From Octopus vulgaris (lineage: Eukaryota): a DNA stretch of 64,000 nt. This document shows, piece by piece, positions 1-12,018 of the stretch (positions are counted from its first letter, which is position 1; every line of letters begins with the position of its first letter). Below the pieces are notes generated by a model. The model worked only from the letters and a program-made list of their open reading frames with translations, ran no database searches and was not told where the DNA came from. The position numbers and the translations under genes are program-made. The stretch is from positions 51,894,001 to 51,958,000 of the forward strand of contig OX597825.1 in NCBI GenBank assembly GCA_951406725.2, in the 5' to 3' direction.

Positions 1-162
1 GTTCTTTACATCCTGAGTTCAAATACTGCTTCGGTCAACTTTCATTTTCATTCTTTCTGAGTTGATAAAACAAGCATCAGTCAAGCATTGGGGTTGATGT
101 AATCAACTAGCGCCTTTCCCACAATTTCAGGTGTTGTGCCTATAGTAGAAAGGTTTATTATT
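1..162 (+). mobile_element. SINE fragment (family A)
   Basis: Body ctgagttcaaatactgc...gtcaactttcattttcattc...gttgataaaac recurs at ~2927, 23100, 46365, 53215 and 62527. Confidence 0.7.
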
Positions 163-383
163 CATTAAGTTTTAGGGAAAATATATACTGAAAGAAACAT
201 TGAAATAAATGAAGCTTGGTATGAATCGGACATAAATGTTCCATCTTACATACAAAACCAAGCTTACAGACATAAGCACAAAACAAGTTCATAACACAAA
301 TTCTCTGTCTGTCTATTACTGTGTTTACATTTGTGAGTGTGTGTGTCTTACATAAATGATCAATTTTATATAGGGAAGAACAC

Positions 384-429
<46 letters not shown>

Positions 430-746
430 GTGTGTGTGTTTTTGTGAATATATGTACAAATAAAAAAAATAGAAGCAGTAATATGTAGAGAGAGGATAAA
501 ACAATATGGCAAATTGGTGTGTTGCAGAAGATGAAGGTAGAATATGTTGAATATACGTAGAATATACATTCTATTAAACAGTATTGTTCTGTAGACAATC
601 TCTGTATTTTAGTTTGCAAGAGGACAATAAGAGGTTTTCATTGAGGAAAAAAAATCTGTAAACATTAGATATGCTATGAATTATAGAATGAGAGAGAGAG
701 AAGCAAGCAGATAGGTTGATACTACATTATTATATCAATATATATG

Positions 747-815
<69 letters not shown>

Positions 816-2189
816 TTAAAAGTGTCTGTGTGTTTGCGTGTGTATATGTTTATATAAATGTCTTTTCACTTCTGTGCATATACTCCTGTGTGTGTGAGTG
901 CACACATATATAAATAAGCATGTACATGTGTAATATCATCATTATGTTACATTCATCTTCAATCTATTATATAGGTACAACACCAACATTCCAGACACTG
1001 ATGGTCCAGAACTTCTTATAATCTGCACTAATTTATGAGCAGAAAATTCAGATTCTCACAGCCTCCAGATTAGTTTACTAGTACCTTGCCCAGTATAGTA
1101 TTATATTTGTATCATTCATATTGAGGTACAGGTACTTGTATTTCATTCACTTATTTAAGCAAATTTGGAGTGTGTTGACTAAGGTGATCACACTTGGTTC
1201 AGAAATATCAGCAATCCAGAAAGACTATGGAATCAAAGGTTCCAGAAAATTGATGCTATTTATGTAATTACCATTATATATACCTACACACAAACACACA
1301 CACACGTGCATGCACACACACATGCACACACATACACATGCCATGTTAATTGTGTGTGTATGTGTAATAAGTGGTACAATGAGATTGTTTAATAATAACT
1401 CCCAAAGACACACCATCTTTTCTGATTATCATCATTGTTGCTATTGTCATTTTTATTTCATTTTACTTCTCAGAGTTCTCAGTCTTACTTGCTCTGGTCG
1501 ATTATATGAGAATGGACAGCAACCTGTTGTTAAAAGGGTCTCATTCCGCAAATTACAAGAATTGGCATTTGGATGTTAAGAATCCTTTATTATTATTACT
1601 AGCTGACCACGTGCCATCAAAAATCACCGCTAATTGTAGTATTTTATATATAGATAAGTTACAAAATAAGGTAAATAATGATCACACATACAAACATGCA
1701 CATACTTCCCTTGTACATGCAAACACATACACACATATACTCACACAGAAATGAAATGCTGATATTTTTTTCCACCTCTTCCTTTGTTATTCATATATCA
1801 CCCCTTCCTTTCTCATTCATATGTTGCGACAGAGAAAAACAGATACACGATGTGTTCTCTGCCACTTACTTTCTCTCCTTGCTATTACTTTTACTCACTC
1901 CCGCTCAGTCAGGGTTATTACTCTCGCTACTTCTCCTTCACTGGATTACTATTTTCTCTCCTCCTAACGATTGTAATACACACCACGAAGAAATGATCAA
2001 GCTCAATAACGATCTGTTAAGCAACAACCACCCCAAAAGTATACTATCCACTCCAATTATGAAGAAGAGTAAGGTTGAGGACTATAAACTGTCCACAGTC
2101 TGTCTACCCTATGTGACATCAGGACAGTATTCAAGAGTAATACACTTCGCAAATATCTCCTTCAGGTAAAACCACCAATAGAAGAGAAT

Positions 2190-2531
2190 ATGACCAAAGA
2201 CTGCGTGTACTCCATCCCATGCAGCTACGGTAGGTTATACAAAGGCGAAACATGCCGCCCCCTCAAAATAAGGGTAGACAAACATCGCAAAGCTGTGACA
2301 CGAGGAGATATTGATAAATTAGGTATAGCTGCTCATGTATGGGAAAATGGAGACCACCTCCTCCTGTGGGATGAAGTTAAAATAATAGACAGAGAACACC
2401 ACTGGAAAATACGAAAACTAAAAGAAGCAGCATATATGCTAGGACACAACCTCCTAAGCAGACTGAGTGCAGATATGAGCAGCATTTGGGAACCGGTATT
2501 AAGGAAGGATAGAAAAATATCAGATTTATAA
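2190..2531 (+). CDS. PLE GIY-YIG endonuclease domain remnant
   Basis: VY-x-IPC...YKGET-R-L-R--H motif; conserved Glu in RKLKEA. Confidence 0.8.
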   Translation: MTKDCVYSIPCSYGRLYKGETCRPLKIRVDKHRKAVTRGDIDKLGIAAHVWENGDHLLLWDEVKIIDREHHWKIRKLKEAAYMLGHNLLSRLSADMSSIWEPVLRKDRKISDL

Positions 2532-2560
2532 GCCCTAAATTTCACTCCGTAATTGCCCAC

Positions 2561-2634
2561 GGGCATATGGCGTAGTGGTTAAGAGCACGGGCGACTAATC
2601 CCAAGATTCTGAGCTCGATTCCAAGTAGTGACCT
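2561..2634 (+). promoter_or_regulatory. tRNA-derived head with Pol III A/B boxes (tRNA pseudogene or SINE head)
   Basis: A box TGGCGTAGTGG, anticodon-like arm GGG-CGACTAAT-CCC, B-box-like GAGCTCGATTCC, followed by (TAA)n. No intact acceptor stem. Confidence 0.65.
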
Positions 2635-2713
2635 GAACAGTAATAATAATAATGATAATAATAACATCGATGAATACCTTAGGAATGAGAGCCCAGGTTC
2701 GAAATTTCCCCAA

Positions 2714-2759
2714 GACACCTGAAGAAGGCTGGAGGGTATATCAGCCGAAACATTGTGTT
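2714..2759 (+). ncRNA. Minimal type I hammerhead ribozyme motif (PLE pLTR)
   Basis: Stem I GACAC/GTGTT; core CTGAAGA 2719-2725; stem II GGCTG/CAGCC; GAAA 2747-2750; stem III ACAT, one change from the palindrome ACGT. Confidence 0.8.
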
Positions 2760-5732
2760 AACAACAAACATCCGTCAAATGTAAATAATGTACATTTATT
2801 TACTGTTTTATTATTATCATCATCGTCATCATCATCATCATCATCATCGTCGTCATCGTCATCATCATCGTCGTCGTCATAATCATCATCATCATCATCA
2901 TTATTATTATTATTATTATGGAGAGTTGGCAGAATCATTAGTGCATTGAACAAAATGATGAACAATATTTCTTTTGGCTCTTTACTTTCTGAGTTCAAAT
3001 ACTGCCAAGGTCAAACCAGGATCAATGTAAAATTTCTTTACAGAAAACCAGTATGTACACAGGAAAAGTGATGGGGCACGTACACATACATGAACATCCA
3101 TACATATGCAAACATGAACACAAACACATAAGATATATGCTTAAAGCACATTCAGACACACAAAAAGATAGAAATAAATTCAGAGACAAACAGGCATGTA
3201 TACACAATTACATACGTGCTTGCATTCATAAATATATACACATAGTTGCTGAATTAGACACAAAGAAATGTACAAATTTACATAAAAAAAACACATTTAC
3301 AGACACAAATTCTCAAATACATACACACTCTCTTAAACATACACACATAAATCAGAGATAGATACAAATAGGCAGATACATACACAGAAAACACATATAC
3401 ACATACACAGAATGCACATCCACTCGCACAAACAAGTAAACATTTACATACACACTCACATAGTCACAGGGATAGACACAAATACATTCATTCACAGAAA
3501 ACACACATACACACTCTCATAGTTACAGAGATAGACACACACAGAAAACATACGTACATATATACATGCACATACACTCATAAATACATGAACATAACCA
3601 CAGATAGACACAATCAGACACATACATACACTCACACAGAAAGCTTACACACACTCACACACAACCACACATACACCTTCAGATATTACACTATTGAACA
3701 GTTACCATATTTCAACAGCCTACTCTATCTTCTTGTTATTTTACTTCACAAAGAAATGCCAAAATTATCAGATAAATGCCAAGAATTCAGTTTCAACCAA
3801 AACTTCCTTTTTTCTATTCTACTTTGAAGTGTCTGATCAAATTTTTTACTGTTCAATAACCAAAGGAATATTGTCCCTAGAAGAGAAGTAAGAATTCTGC
3901 TAGAGTCACCAACAATCTGTAGTTCTTAATTGTATCACATTATTGCAATAAGTTCTCTTTTATACATTGATCTAATCGAATCAGTAAGTCTCAGACCACT
4001 TAAAGACATCTTGTTAACTGTGGCAACAATACAAATTGTAGGTGACATTCAACAAGCTGTTCGTGCCACTTCCAGGAATTAGTGTATAGAATACTTTGTA
4101 ATTAGTCTCAGAATATAAGGAGTTTAGCATATTCGGTTGTCCAATACTCTGTTGTACTAAAAAATTCAATGGGTCCTTCAAGATATCACATTGTGCCCTT
4201 GTGTGCATGTCTGTATGTGTCTATGTGTGCATGTGTGTTTACATATGTCTGAAGCTCATATTTATATATGTGTTTGAAAGGAACGTTTTATTGTGAATTT
4301 GAGAGTGAAGGGAGAATGTTGTACTAACACATGTAATTGTGAAAGTGAGATAGAAAAGGTCCATGGCAATGGAAATATATTCATGATGTTTTTCAGGTTA
4401 TTCAAGATTAGGTATGTTGATTTGGGTGACACTGACCTGAGCAATGTGGATCAATCAATCTTTGTTATGAAATACATGGATAAGGAGAAAATTCAAGTGG
4501 GACATTGTTTTCAGAAAGAAATACTGATCAAAGTCATTAGAGCATTCAATGGAAATAGAGAAGACACTCAAGTAGGGAGAGCTATTTTAAAATAAATAAC
4601 GATACAAGAAGCTGAGAAGAATAAGAAACAACCCTTATGAAATAGTAGTTTTAGTAATTAGTTATTTGATAATCAAACACCTAATTTGGATATGATCTGA
4701 AATATTTCAAAACTAATCATGTCTGTTGCAAACATTCGGGTCAGTTCTCCATTGTGAAGATAAATACATTGCTTCATATTGCAACAATCCATTTGTTGTA
4801 GTTAGTTTCTTCATTATTTCTTCCATTTCCCATGAGAAATATAAAACACTGCCATCCTAGATATGTAAAAATATACTATTGAAAGTCCTTGATCTTCATT
4901 CATAGTAGATAACTGACTGAATAGGGTTGAATTATTTACTAATTTCAAAGAGGAATCTTCATTTTTATTATAGATAAAATGGTTCCTTAACAACTCATCA
5001 GAGATTTGAATGAAAAGAACTTAAAGGCTTTTATTTTATGTTGTTTACACATAAGTATATTGGGAGAACAAAACTCTTTCCTTTGTATTTCATTTCTAGA
5101 ACAGTTGGAAGTATTGGTTTACACGTCCCATATTGAAGAATGCTTTTCAGGTTACTCCCCCTACTCTCTCTGACATTAGGCCTTTACTTAACATATAGGT
5201 GACACATGTCTCCTGAAGGTTATGAACAAATAACAGGAACTGTAAGTGCCATTTCTTTGATTATTAATAGAGAGAAGAGTGTTGGCTACATTCCTTTATA
5301 TTTCTTCACTTTTTCCACTTGACAGAATGCATGTATTGTTTGTTTGTCTTATGTTTGCTTCAGAATCTTACGCATGTAATTTCTGTCATTTTTATCTATT
5401 AATGAATCTATTGAATATCTTCATCATCATTGTTTGACATACACTTTTCTATGATTGCAAGAGTCTGACAGAATTTGTCAAGGTAGGTTTTCTACAGTCA
5501 CTAACCGGCACCAGTTTCCTAGCAATATTTGCCCACAATCAAAGATGTTGTTTTTCATAATAGTGAAAATGAACGACTTTGCTTGTATGACAGTGATCCT
5601 CATTTAGAATCATCACATGATGTCAAGATAAGGGTAGAAGCAAGCACAAAAACATATATTGTCACATTAATGTGTGGTGGAAGGTAGAGAATCTTCTTTT
5701 AAAATGTACATGAGTGAGAGAGAAAAGGTTTT

Positions 5733-6952
5733 TATTTGGTTGGAAAGAAGGTTCTGTCCCATTTTTGACATGATCACTTTGAGGATACATTTTCAATACT
5801 TAATTTTTTCTTTTTCATGACAGATTACTTTCTACTACAGTGGTAAAATTTGTATTGCTTTTTATGTTTTAAAACTGAGTTTAGATCAGACCCATATAAA
5901 AAAATGCATGATGTATTAATTCAAAAAAGTTCTTCAGCAATGGAAGTAGCAAGAAATATACATTTCATCTCTAAAAATGAAGCTTCAAGTGTCTGGACTT
6001 GCCAACGATAGTTTGATCAATTTTGCTCAAGAAAGCTTTCTCTCACAGACTCCCTTGATCTGGTTGGCCAAGTTCTGTTAATATCAAGTTTCTGAAAATC
6101 CAAAGTAAACTGCATAAGAGTTAACAAAAAACAGTTCAAGTCAAGTCACACTTTAATTATGAAATACCAACATGAATTTGGAAAAATGTCTAAATTTTCT
6201 CTGTGGGAACCTCATTATGTGATTGCTTTACAGCTGAATCAGAAAGTTACCCTCTGCTCATCATTGAAGAGTAGACTTGTTATTGAACCTTTCCCAGGAA
6301 GAATCATTGCATCTGCTGAAAAGTGGGCTCTCTATAATTACATCTTGGGAAAACAATAACAGAAAGCACCCAATAGAAAAAGGAATCCATCTCCAAACCA
6401 GGACTACATCAGAATAAAGTTATGCTCTGTGTTTGGTCAAATGTGCAGGGCATCATCTATTATGAAGTGTTGTACCAAGATTAAATGTGGAAAAGTATTG
6501 TCATTTGGAGGCATTGCATAAAAATTTGCAGAAAAAGTGACCATCATTGATGAGTTGTAAAAGGATGTTACTCTTACATGGTAATGCAATACCACATATT
6601 GCTCCAAGTCACTCTGGGGAAGATTATGGCACTAAATGTGGAAGCTTCGCTCTTTCTCCTTATTTTCCTCACGTTGCTCCATCTGACTATCATATTTTCA
6701 TATCATTGTGAAATTCAGTAGAGGGAAAACTGTTTATTAATTGTGAAGACATAAAAATGATATCGTGTGTGTTTTTGCTTTGAAGCCAGAAGAACTTAAC
6801 ACCTGAGTGATTAGCAATTTACCAAATAGATGGGATTATGCTATCAATAATGAGGAGAGATATCATCTTGATTGAATATACCACTTAAGACCAAAGGAGT
6901 ATTTGTTTTATCTCATCTAGAAATTCAACAGGACTTGCTTTCCAACCTAATA
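5733..6952 (+). mobile_element. Decayed full-length mariner transposon
   Basis: TIRs TAtttggttggaaagaaggttctgtc / caacaggacttgctttccaacctaaTA; remnants WEPH, EPFPGRIIASAEKWALYN (cf. TGDEKW), LLHGNA.PH, PY.P.VAPSDYH. Confidence 0.88.
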
Positions 6953-7089
6953 TATTAATGCATGAGTGACAAAACTGATGAGAAAGAGAAACAGAGAGAG
7001 AGGGAGAGAGAGAGAGAAAGAGAGAGATTGTCACTTAGTGGGGATACAGCAGAGGTGAAGGGAAACATTAGAAGTTAACGAGCCAGAAG

Positions 7090-7290
7090 TGACATCATGT
7101 AATGAAGCAGGGAATTTGAACAGACTTCTTCTTCAATGTGCAGTCAGCAAGAATAGATCTATGGATGGAATTCTGGTGTATTGTATAATTTGGGCCAGGA
7201 GGTTTGGGTTAATGAGTGTACACGGTTGAACAGTGAGTTCCAACCAAAGTTTTGAGTAGTTTTCCTTTTTGAAGTTATTTTACCAGCTCA
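7090..7290 (-). mobile_element. CR1/Jockey-like LINE 3' remnant
   Basis: Minus-strand PKLYNT...DLFL...SNSLLHY resembles LINE ORF2 C-termini. Confidence 0.35.
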
Positions 7291-7851
7291 TATATATATA
7301 TATATTCAGGATTCAATGAAAAGACAACAAATAGAAAATATGACATACCTATATATATAATTCAAAAAACATGTAGTAAATAAATAAATGAACATATACT
7401 ATGTACACAAGTGAACAGAAAACACAGAAGGTCACCAATTCTTCATTAGTTATTGGCCAGAGGGTCAAACACACTTTCAGCCATTATCCATAATTGGATG
7501 AGGGTCAAAACAATAAACGGAATAAAGGGTTTGGGCCACACGAGGACAGCAATTAAGAATGATAATATATATACAACAAAAAGCCCTGGGGCTGCAAGAC
7601 AAAAGTGGGTAACATGAAGTGAAAACTTTCCTAAAGGACTATAGACACAGGATAGGTAGAGTGAGGATTGTTTATTTACTTAATTAGCTTTTAACAACAA
7701 TTATTCTTTTAACCAATTATTTAGCTCATAATACTTAAATTATTACACACTTTCTATAAATCTTTGCTATTGAACTTAATAAGTTATGGATATTTTATTA
7801 TGGTTTTTAGCGATTAGGCTGTCTTTATTCCTTTTCTAACTAATCCTTTTA

Positions 7852-7881
7852 TTATTATTATCATCATCATCATCATCATCA

Positions 7882-7915
<34 letters not shown>

Positions 7916-7916
7916 G

Positions 7917-7960
<44 letters not shown>
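7852..7960. repeat. (ATC)n/(ATT)n microsatellite
   Basis: Seen directly. Confidence 0.95.
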
Positions 7961-7961
<1 letters not shown>

Positions 7962-8049
7962 TTATAGTAGCCTGAAATAAATCTAATCTTTATGCCCCTA
8001 TTAATTCATACTCAGCTTATATAAGGTAATACTGGTAGCTCCACAACTT

Positions 8050-9290
8050 AAAATAATCCAATTTAATTTAGTTAGTATATAGTTAACATGTTCTTTAATC
8101 TCAGTGCCCCCTTATTATATACCAGTTAAATCCAATTGATCAATCTCCATAGAAACCATATAATAAGTTAATATTTAGATAAATAATAAGTAAATAAAAT
8201 ATTAAACTATTTCTTTGTAATTTTTTTTCGCTGCTCTATTTGTCCAACTCATGCTAGCATGGAAAGCGGACGCTAAACGGTGATGATGATTGTGGTAAAA
8301 TTTGGTATATACTCAAAATATTCAAGGAAGTTTTATCCTTTTGTTATAATTTCATTCTTAATAATCTTCTTGATTACCCTGAATTTTAACTTTATACAAT
8401 AAGACAATATTGTTTGAAATGATCATTAGAAATTACTTGATTTATCTCTTTCTTAAATGGGTCTACCCTCCTGATCTTAGTATTTATAAGGGACTTTATA
8501 TAAATAACCTTTCTAAACAAGTACCACTAAGAAACTATAAATATCATGTAGGGAGTAACAATAATAACTTCTTAAACCTATAATATAACCCTTAGTTTTA
8601 AAAAAATTAGTGTAAAATATGATTGTTCCATGACTTAAATATTCCTTTAGCTAATACCAGATATCAGTCTTTTATTGATATTAGTTAAATAAGTAAATAT
8701 ATAATTTTTAGTCTAATATATTTTGAATTATTATACATTTTCTATAAAACTTCTCTATTGGTGTTAATAAGCTACAAATATTTTACCATAGTATTAGTAA
8801 TTAAGCCATTTTATTTCCTTTCCAATGGTATTCTGCCCTACTTGATTATTTTATTTTGTTTCTTTATAATTTTATAATTAGTCTTTATTTATTTATAAAA
8901 TTAATCTAATTTTTGTATCTCTATAAATTCATACTTATCTTATATAAATCTATACTGGTATATTCACTACTTATAAAAAAAACTGCTTAGATTATAACTT
9001 TATTAATATATAATTAGCATGTTCCTTTACCTCAATACTCTTTTATTAATACCAGTATATACAAATTAATCAATATTCACAGATACCATCTGATGAGTTA
9101 GTATTTAAGTGTACAATATGTATAAATATTAAACTATTTCTGGATAATTTATTTTCCTCCTTCTATTGTGGTAAAAGTTTTGTATATACTCAAAAGTATT
9201 CATAAATTTATATCCTTTTGTTATAATATTCTTCGGAATAACCCTAAACTTTAACTGTATACAATATAGCAACATTCTTTAAAATATTTA
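8050..9290. repeat. Diverged direct duplication (~8050-8420 vs ~8990-9290) within an unclassified AT-rich element
   Basis: Shared blocks catgttc.ttta.ctca, aatattaaactatttct, tgtggtaaaa.tt.gtatatactcaaaa, tatccttttgttataat. Confidence 0.75.
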
Positions 9291-10539
9291 ACTATAGTTT
9301 CTGGCCACAGCCCGTGAGCTGAAACTAGATAAAATAAAATTTTTTAAAAATATTACTACATGGTAAGACTTCCCCTGTTTCATTATCAATGGTCTGGTAG
9401 TGGGTGACCCTCTTAATTGTCAGCTAACATCTTGTTTTAAGTTATCCTTTACCAAACCTCATGATATTGCATCTAATAAATTTTGATTTTTATGACTATA
9501 CCAACTATGATTTCTGTCTACTCCTAACAAATACTGCCCCTTTGTTCTCTCAGCCTTAGATATACAAGGATTTGATAAACTAGTATATAAACTAAAACTG
9601 ACACCCCCCACTCCTCCCCAAAATCAGTGACAGGCAGAGTCTGTAACAATGTATATCTTCTTGATACCTTTGTAGCTTCTAAGCTGGAGTGAAGGCAGCA
9701 TGTTCTTTGTGTATCTCCTTATATTCTTGGAGATTTTAGGTATAATTATACTAATGTGTCCATCTGTTCTAATTTAATTAAATTCTATGTCTTTGTGCAG
9801 CTGAGGATTGCTCTGCATATTAAATTGATGTAATGATTGCATTGTTCAATTAAATGGAGTTGCATGAAACGATCGTATTGCATTACCTCTGGATATCCTT
9901 GTTGCTTGTTTTGATTTTAATCACTTTACTTTGAAATTGTATGGATAATACCATACTAAATACTGGTGCCTCAACTTATGTACCATATTCATATGAATTT
10001 ATATATATATATATATATATACATACCAGCCATAGAATTACATAAATCCAAAGATGTAGAACAGTTATTATAGTGGAGTGGGCTGCAACATAGCAGCCAT
10101 ATACTATAATGAGGCCTTCGCTGCCAGCAGATTTAAGGACCACAACTCCTACATGCTGGAACCTAACAGCTGTGGAAGGAAGCACCATAGAAATATGATT
10201 TGGTTTGTCTCCCCACCACTGCCCTAACACAGTAACCCCCATAGGTAGACTCTTCCTTAAACTGATAGATAAACCTTTCACTAGCTCACACAGGTACGGT
10301 CACATATTCAACAGACACAATATTAGGGTCTCGTTGAGCTGCACCCCAATATAAAGAGCATCTTGGTTAGCTCCTCTAGGATGCAGTCAGAGGAAGGTTG
10401 TTCATGCAGGATCCAAAGCAGTTTCCCAGTAGGAGGTCACTGAAAAACCAAAGGAGTCATATATCAAGCTGAGATTCTAACATGACATGCCTTTAATGCC
10501 GGCAGAAACAATGATGGCCGTGGATATGAGAACGGAGTC

Positions 10540-10880
10540 AGTAACACAGTCACCATAGCCACCACTGCCATCATGGATGGCAGCATTGCTAACAACAACT
10601 GTGGAATCGCCAACAGAAGTGACATCGCAACCATCACCAGCCTTACAAATAGCTCCCCTGACGTCCACGATGCCAAACCTATCAACCACTATAGTAGTAG
10701 TAGCAGAAGGAACAGGTTCTGTTCCAGTAACACAGCCACCATAGCCACTATGGAACAGCAACAGTGGCATCACCAACAGCAGTGACATCACCACCACCTC
10801 CACCACCAGCCTTACCTATAGCTTCCCCAACATCCATGATGCCAAGTCCTTTGGCCACTATAGTAGTAGTAGCAGAGGCA
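10540..10880 (+). repeat. ~186-bp tandem duplication in the Ser/Thr/Asn-rich insert
   Basis: agtaacacag.caccatagccac...accagccttac...gatgccaa...ccactatagtagtagtagcaga occurs at ~10540 and ~10727. Confidence 0.85.
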
Positions 10881-11852
10881 GCAGATCCAGATCCATCACT
10901 GGCTATAATGGCAACAACAACAGAACCAACAGAGGTGATAGTACTACCGTTGCAACCACCACATCCTCCACCAGCAATAGCACCAGGAGCCCCGACTCCT
11001 TCAACACCAACACCGGTGGAAGCACCAGCAGCAGCAACAAACACAACAACAACAGCCACAGCAGCACTAGCAGCAACAATGACTACACCACAGGTAGCAT
11101 GTGCAGGGACAAGAATATGACCGGCTCCAACACCAGCACCAACAGCAACAGCCCCTACTCCAGTAGCGACAACACCACTGACATCACTAGTGGCAGCAAC
11201 AGCAGAACCTACAACAGCAACAGGCACAACAACAGCAGCAACAGGCAGAGCGGCAATGGTAGCAGCAACAACAGTACCAACAACAGCACCTACATCAGCA
11301 ACAGGCGCAACGACATCACATGCTCACAGAAGTACATGGAGCACTCTAGGAACTCTCTCAAACAGTGTATTTCCAAACATCTGTCCTTCAGAGTCCTGGA
11401 AAGGAGATACGTGACATCACTGGTCAGCCATGTCTGGCAATTATGAGATGAGATTCCATACTCGATCACATAGAAAATACTTGAGAACCCAGGCCCCTAC
11501 ATGAACAGGATGAATCAGTGCAAGTTATGCATTGCTGAGCGCACGAGAATCCTTAAAGATTCGCTCATGCCAGCGGGAATCCTGAACTCCAAGATGGAGA
11601 TTTTTCAGACCATGCCTGCATTTTAGAAAATTACTGCTGGCTTTTGGAACCCACATGATGGCACCACAGCTGGAAACCAATAGCCAATACCAAAGGAAGA
11701 CAATCGTTTACCTTCATGGTGCTTTGTAACCACAAGATGGTAGCATGGCTGAAGATCAATGGACAATGGCAAAGGGAGATAATCACCTAGGGTTTTACCA
11801 TTAAAAACGAGGCTTTCCCCTGCATATTTTAAACAGGCCACACACCAGCAGT

Positions 11853-11923
11853 GTTTGGGGTCTGAAGATACACGGTAAGGCTAAACCCCAAGTGAGCAAG
11901 AAACCCAGAGTAACCCCATAAAC
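11853..11923 (+). ncRNA. Hammerhead ribozyme motif, degenerate (Naiad pLTR)
   Basis: Stem I GTTT-GGGGT / ACCCC-AT-AAAC; CTGAAGA 11862-11868; GAAA 11900-11903; GTA cleavage triplet 11910-11912; stem II poorly paired. Confidence 0.6.
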
Positions 11924-11943
11924 CAGCTAACCACACAATAATG

Positions 11944-12016
<73 letters not shown>

Positions 12017-12018
12017 GT

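Larger units (their letters stand above)
1950..2810 (+). mobile_element. 5'-truncated Penelope/Poseidon-type PLE (RT thumb end + GIY-YIG + pLTR)
   Basis: VCLPYV, RTVFKSNTLRKYL (frameshifted) and ORF 2190-2531 CVYSIPCSYGRLYKGETCRPLKIRVDKH...IAAHVW...RKLKEA; hammerhead motif downstream. Confidence 0.9.
979..4856 (-). pseudogene. Cluster of decayed exon-like segments (~4720-4856, 3706-3876, 1489-1629, ~979-1255)
   Basis: AG/GT-bounded non-repetitive segments on the minus strand (e.g. cttctcttctag|GG at 3876, G|gtaact at 3706, caattag|CG at 1629, CAA|gtaag at 1489, aaatag|CAT at 1255). Phases join (G|CG, phase 0), allowing for internal frameshifts, and each segment has stops or frameshifts. Confidence 0.4.
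10085..11930 (+). mobile_element. 5'-truncated Naiad-type PLE (thumb/linker + split GIY-YIG + pLTR)
   Basis: YYNEAFAAS, RNMIWF.PP, IGRLFLKLIDKPF..HIFNRHNIRVSLSC, CSCRIQSSFPVGGH*KTKGVIYQAEI, then KYMEHSRNSLKQ.ISKHLSFR..SLVSHVWQL, CKLCIAERTRIL, LNSKMEIF, CLH. Confidence 0.85.

Noticed and set aside
2561-2634. Functional tRNA gene
   Set aside because: No pairing acceptor stem, mutated T arm and a (TAA)n tail.
7455-7515. Possible hammerhead on the minus strand
   Set aside because: GAAA is present but there is no CTGANGA core or consistent stems.
10748-11414. Mucin-like or antifreeze-like host gene from the Thr/Ala/Pro ORFs
   Set aside because: These are alternative frames of a low-complexity tract lying inside a PLE endonuclease.
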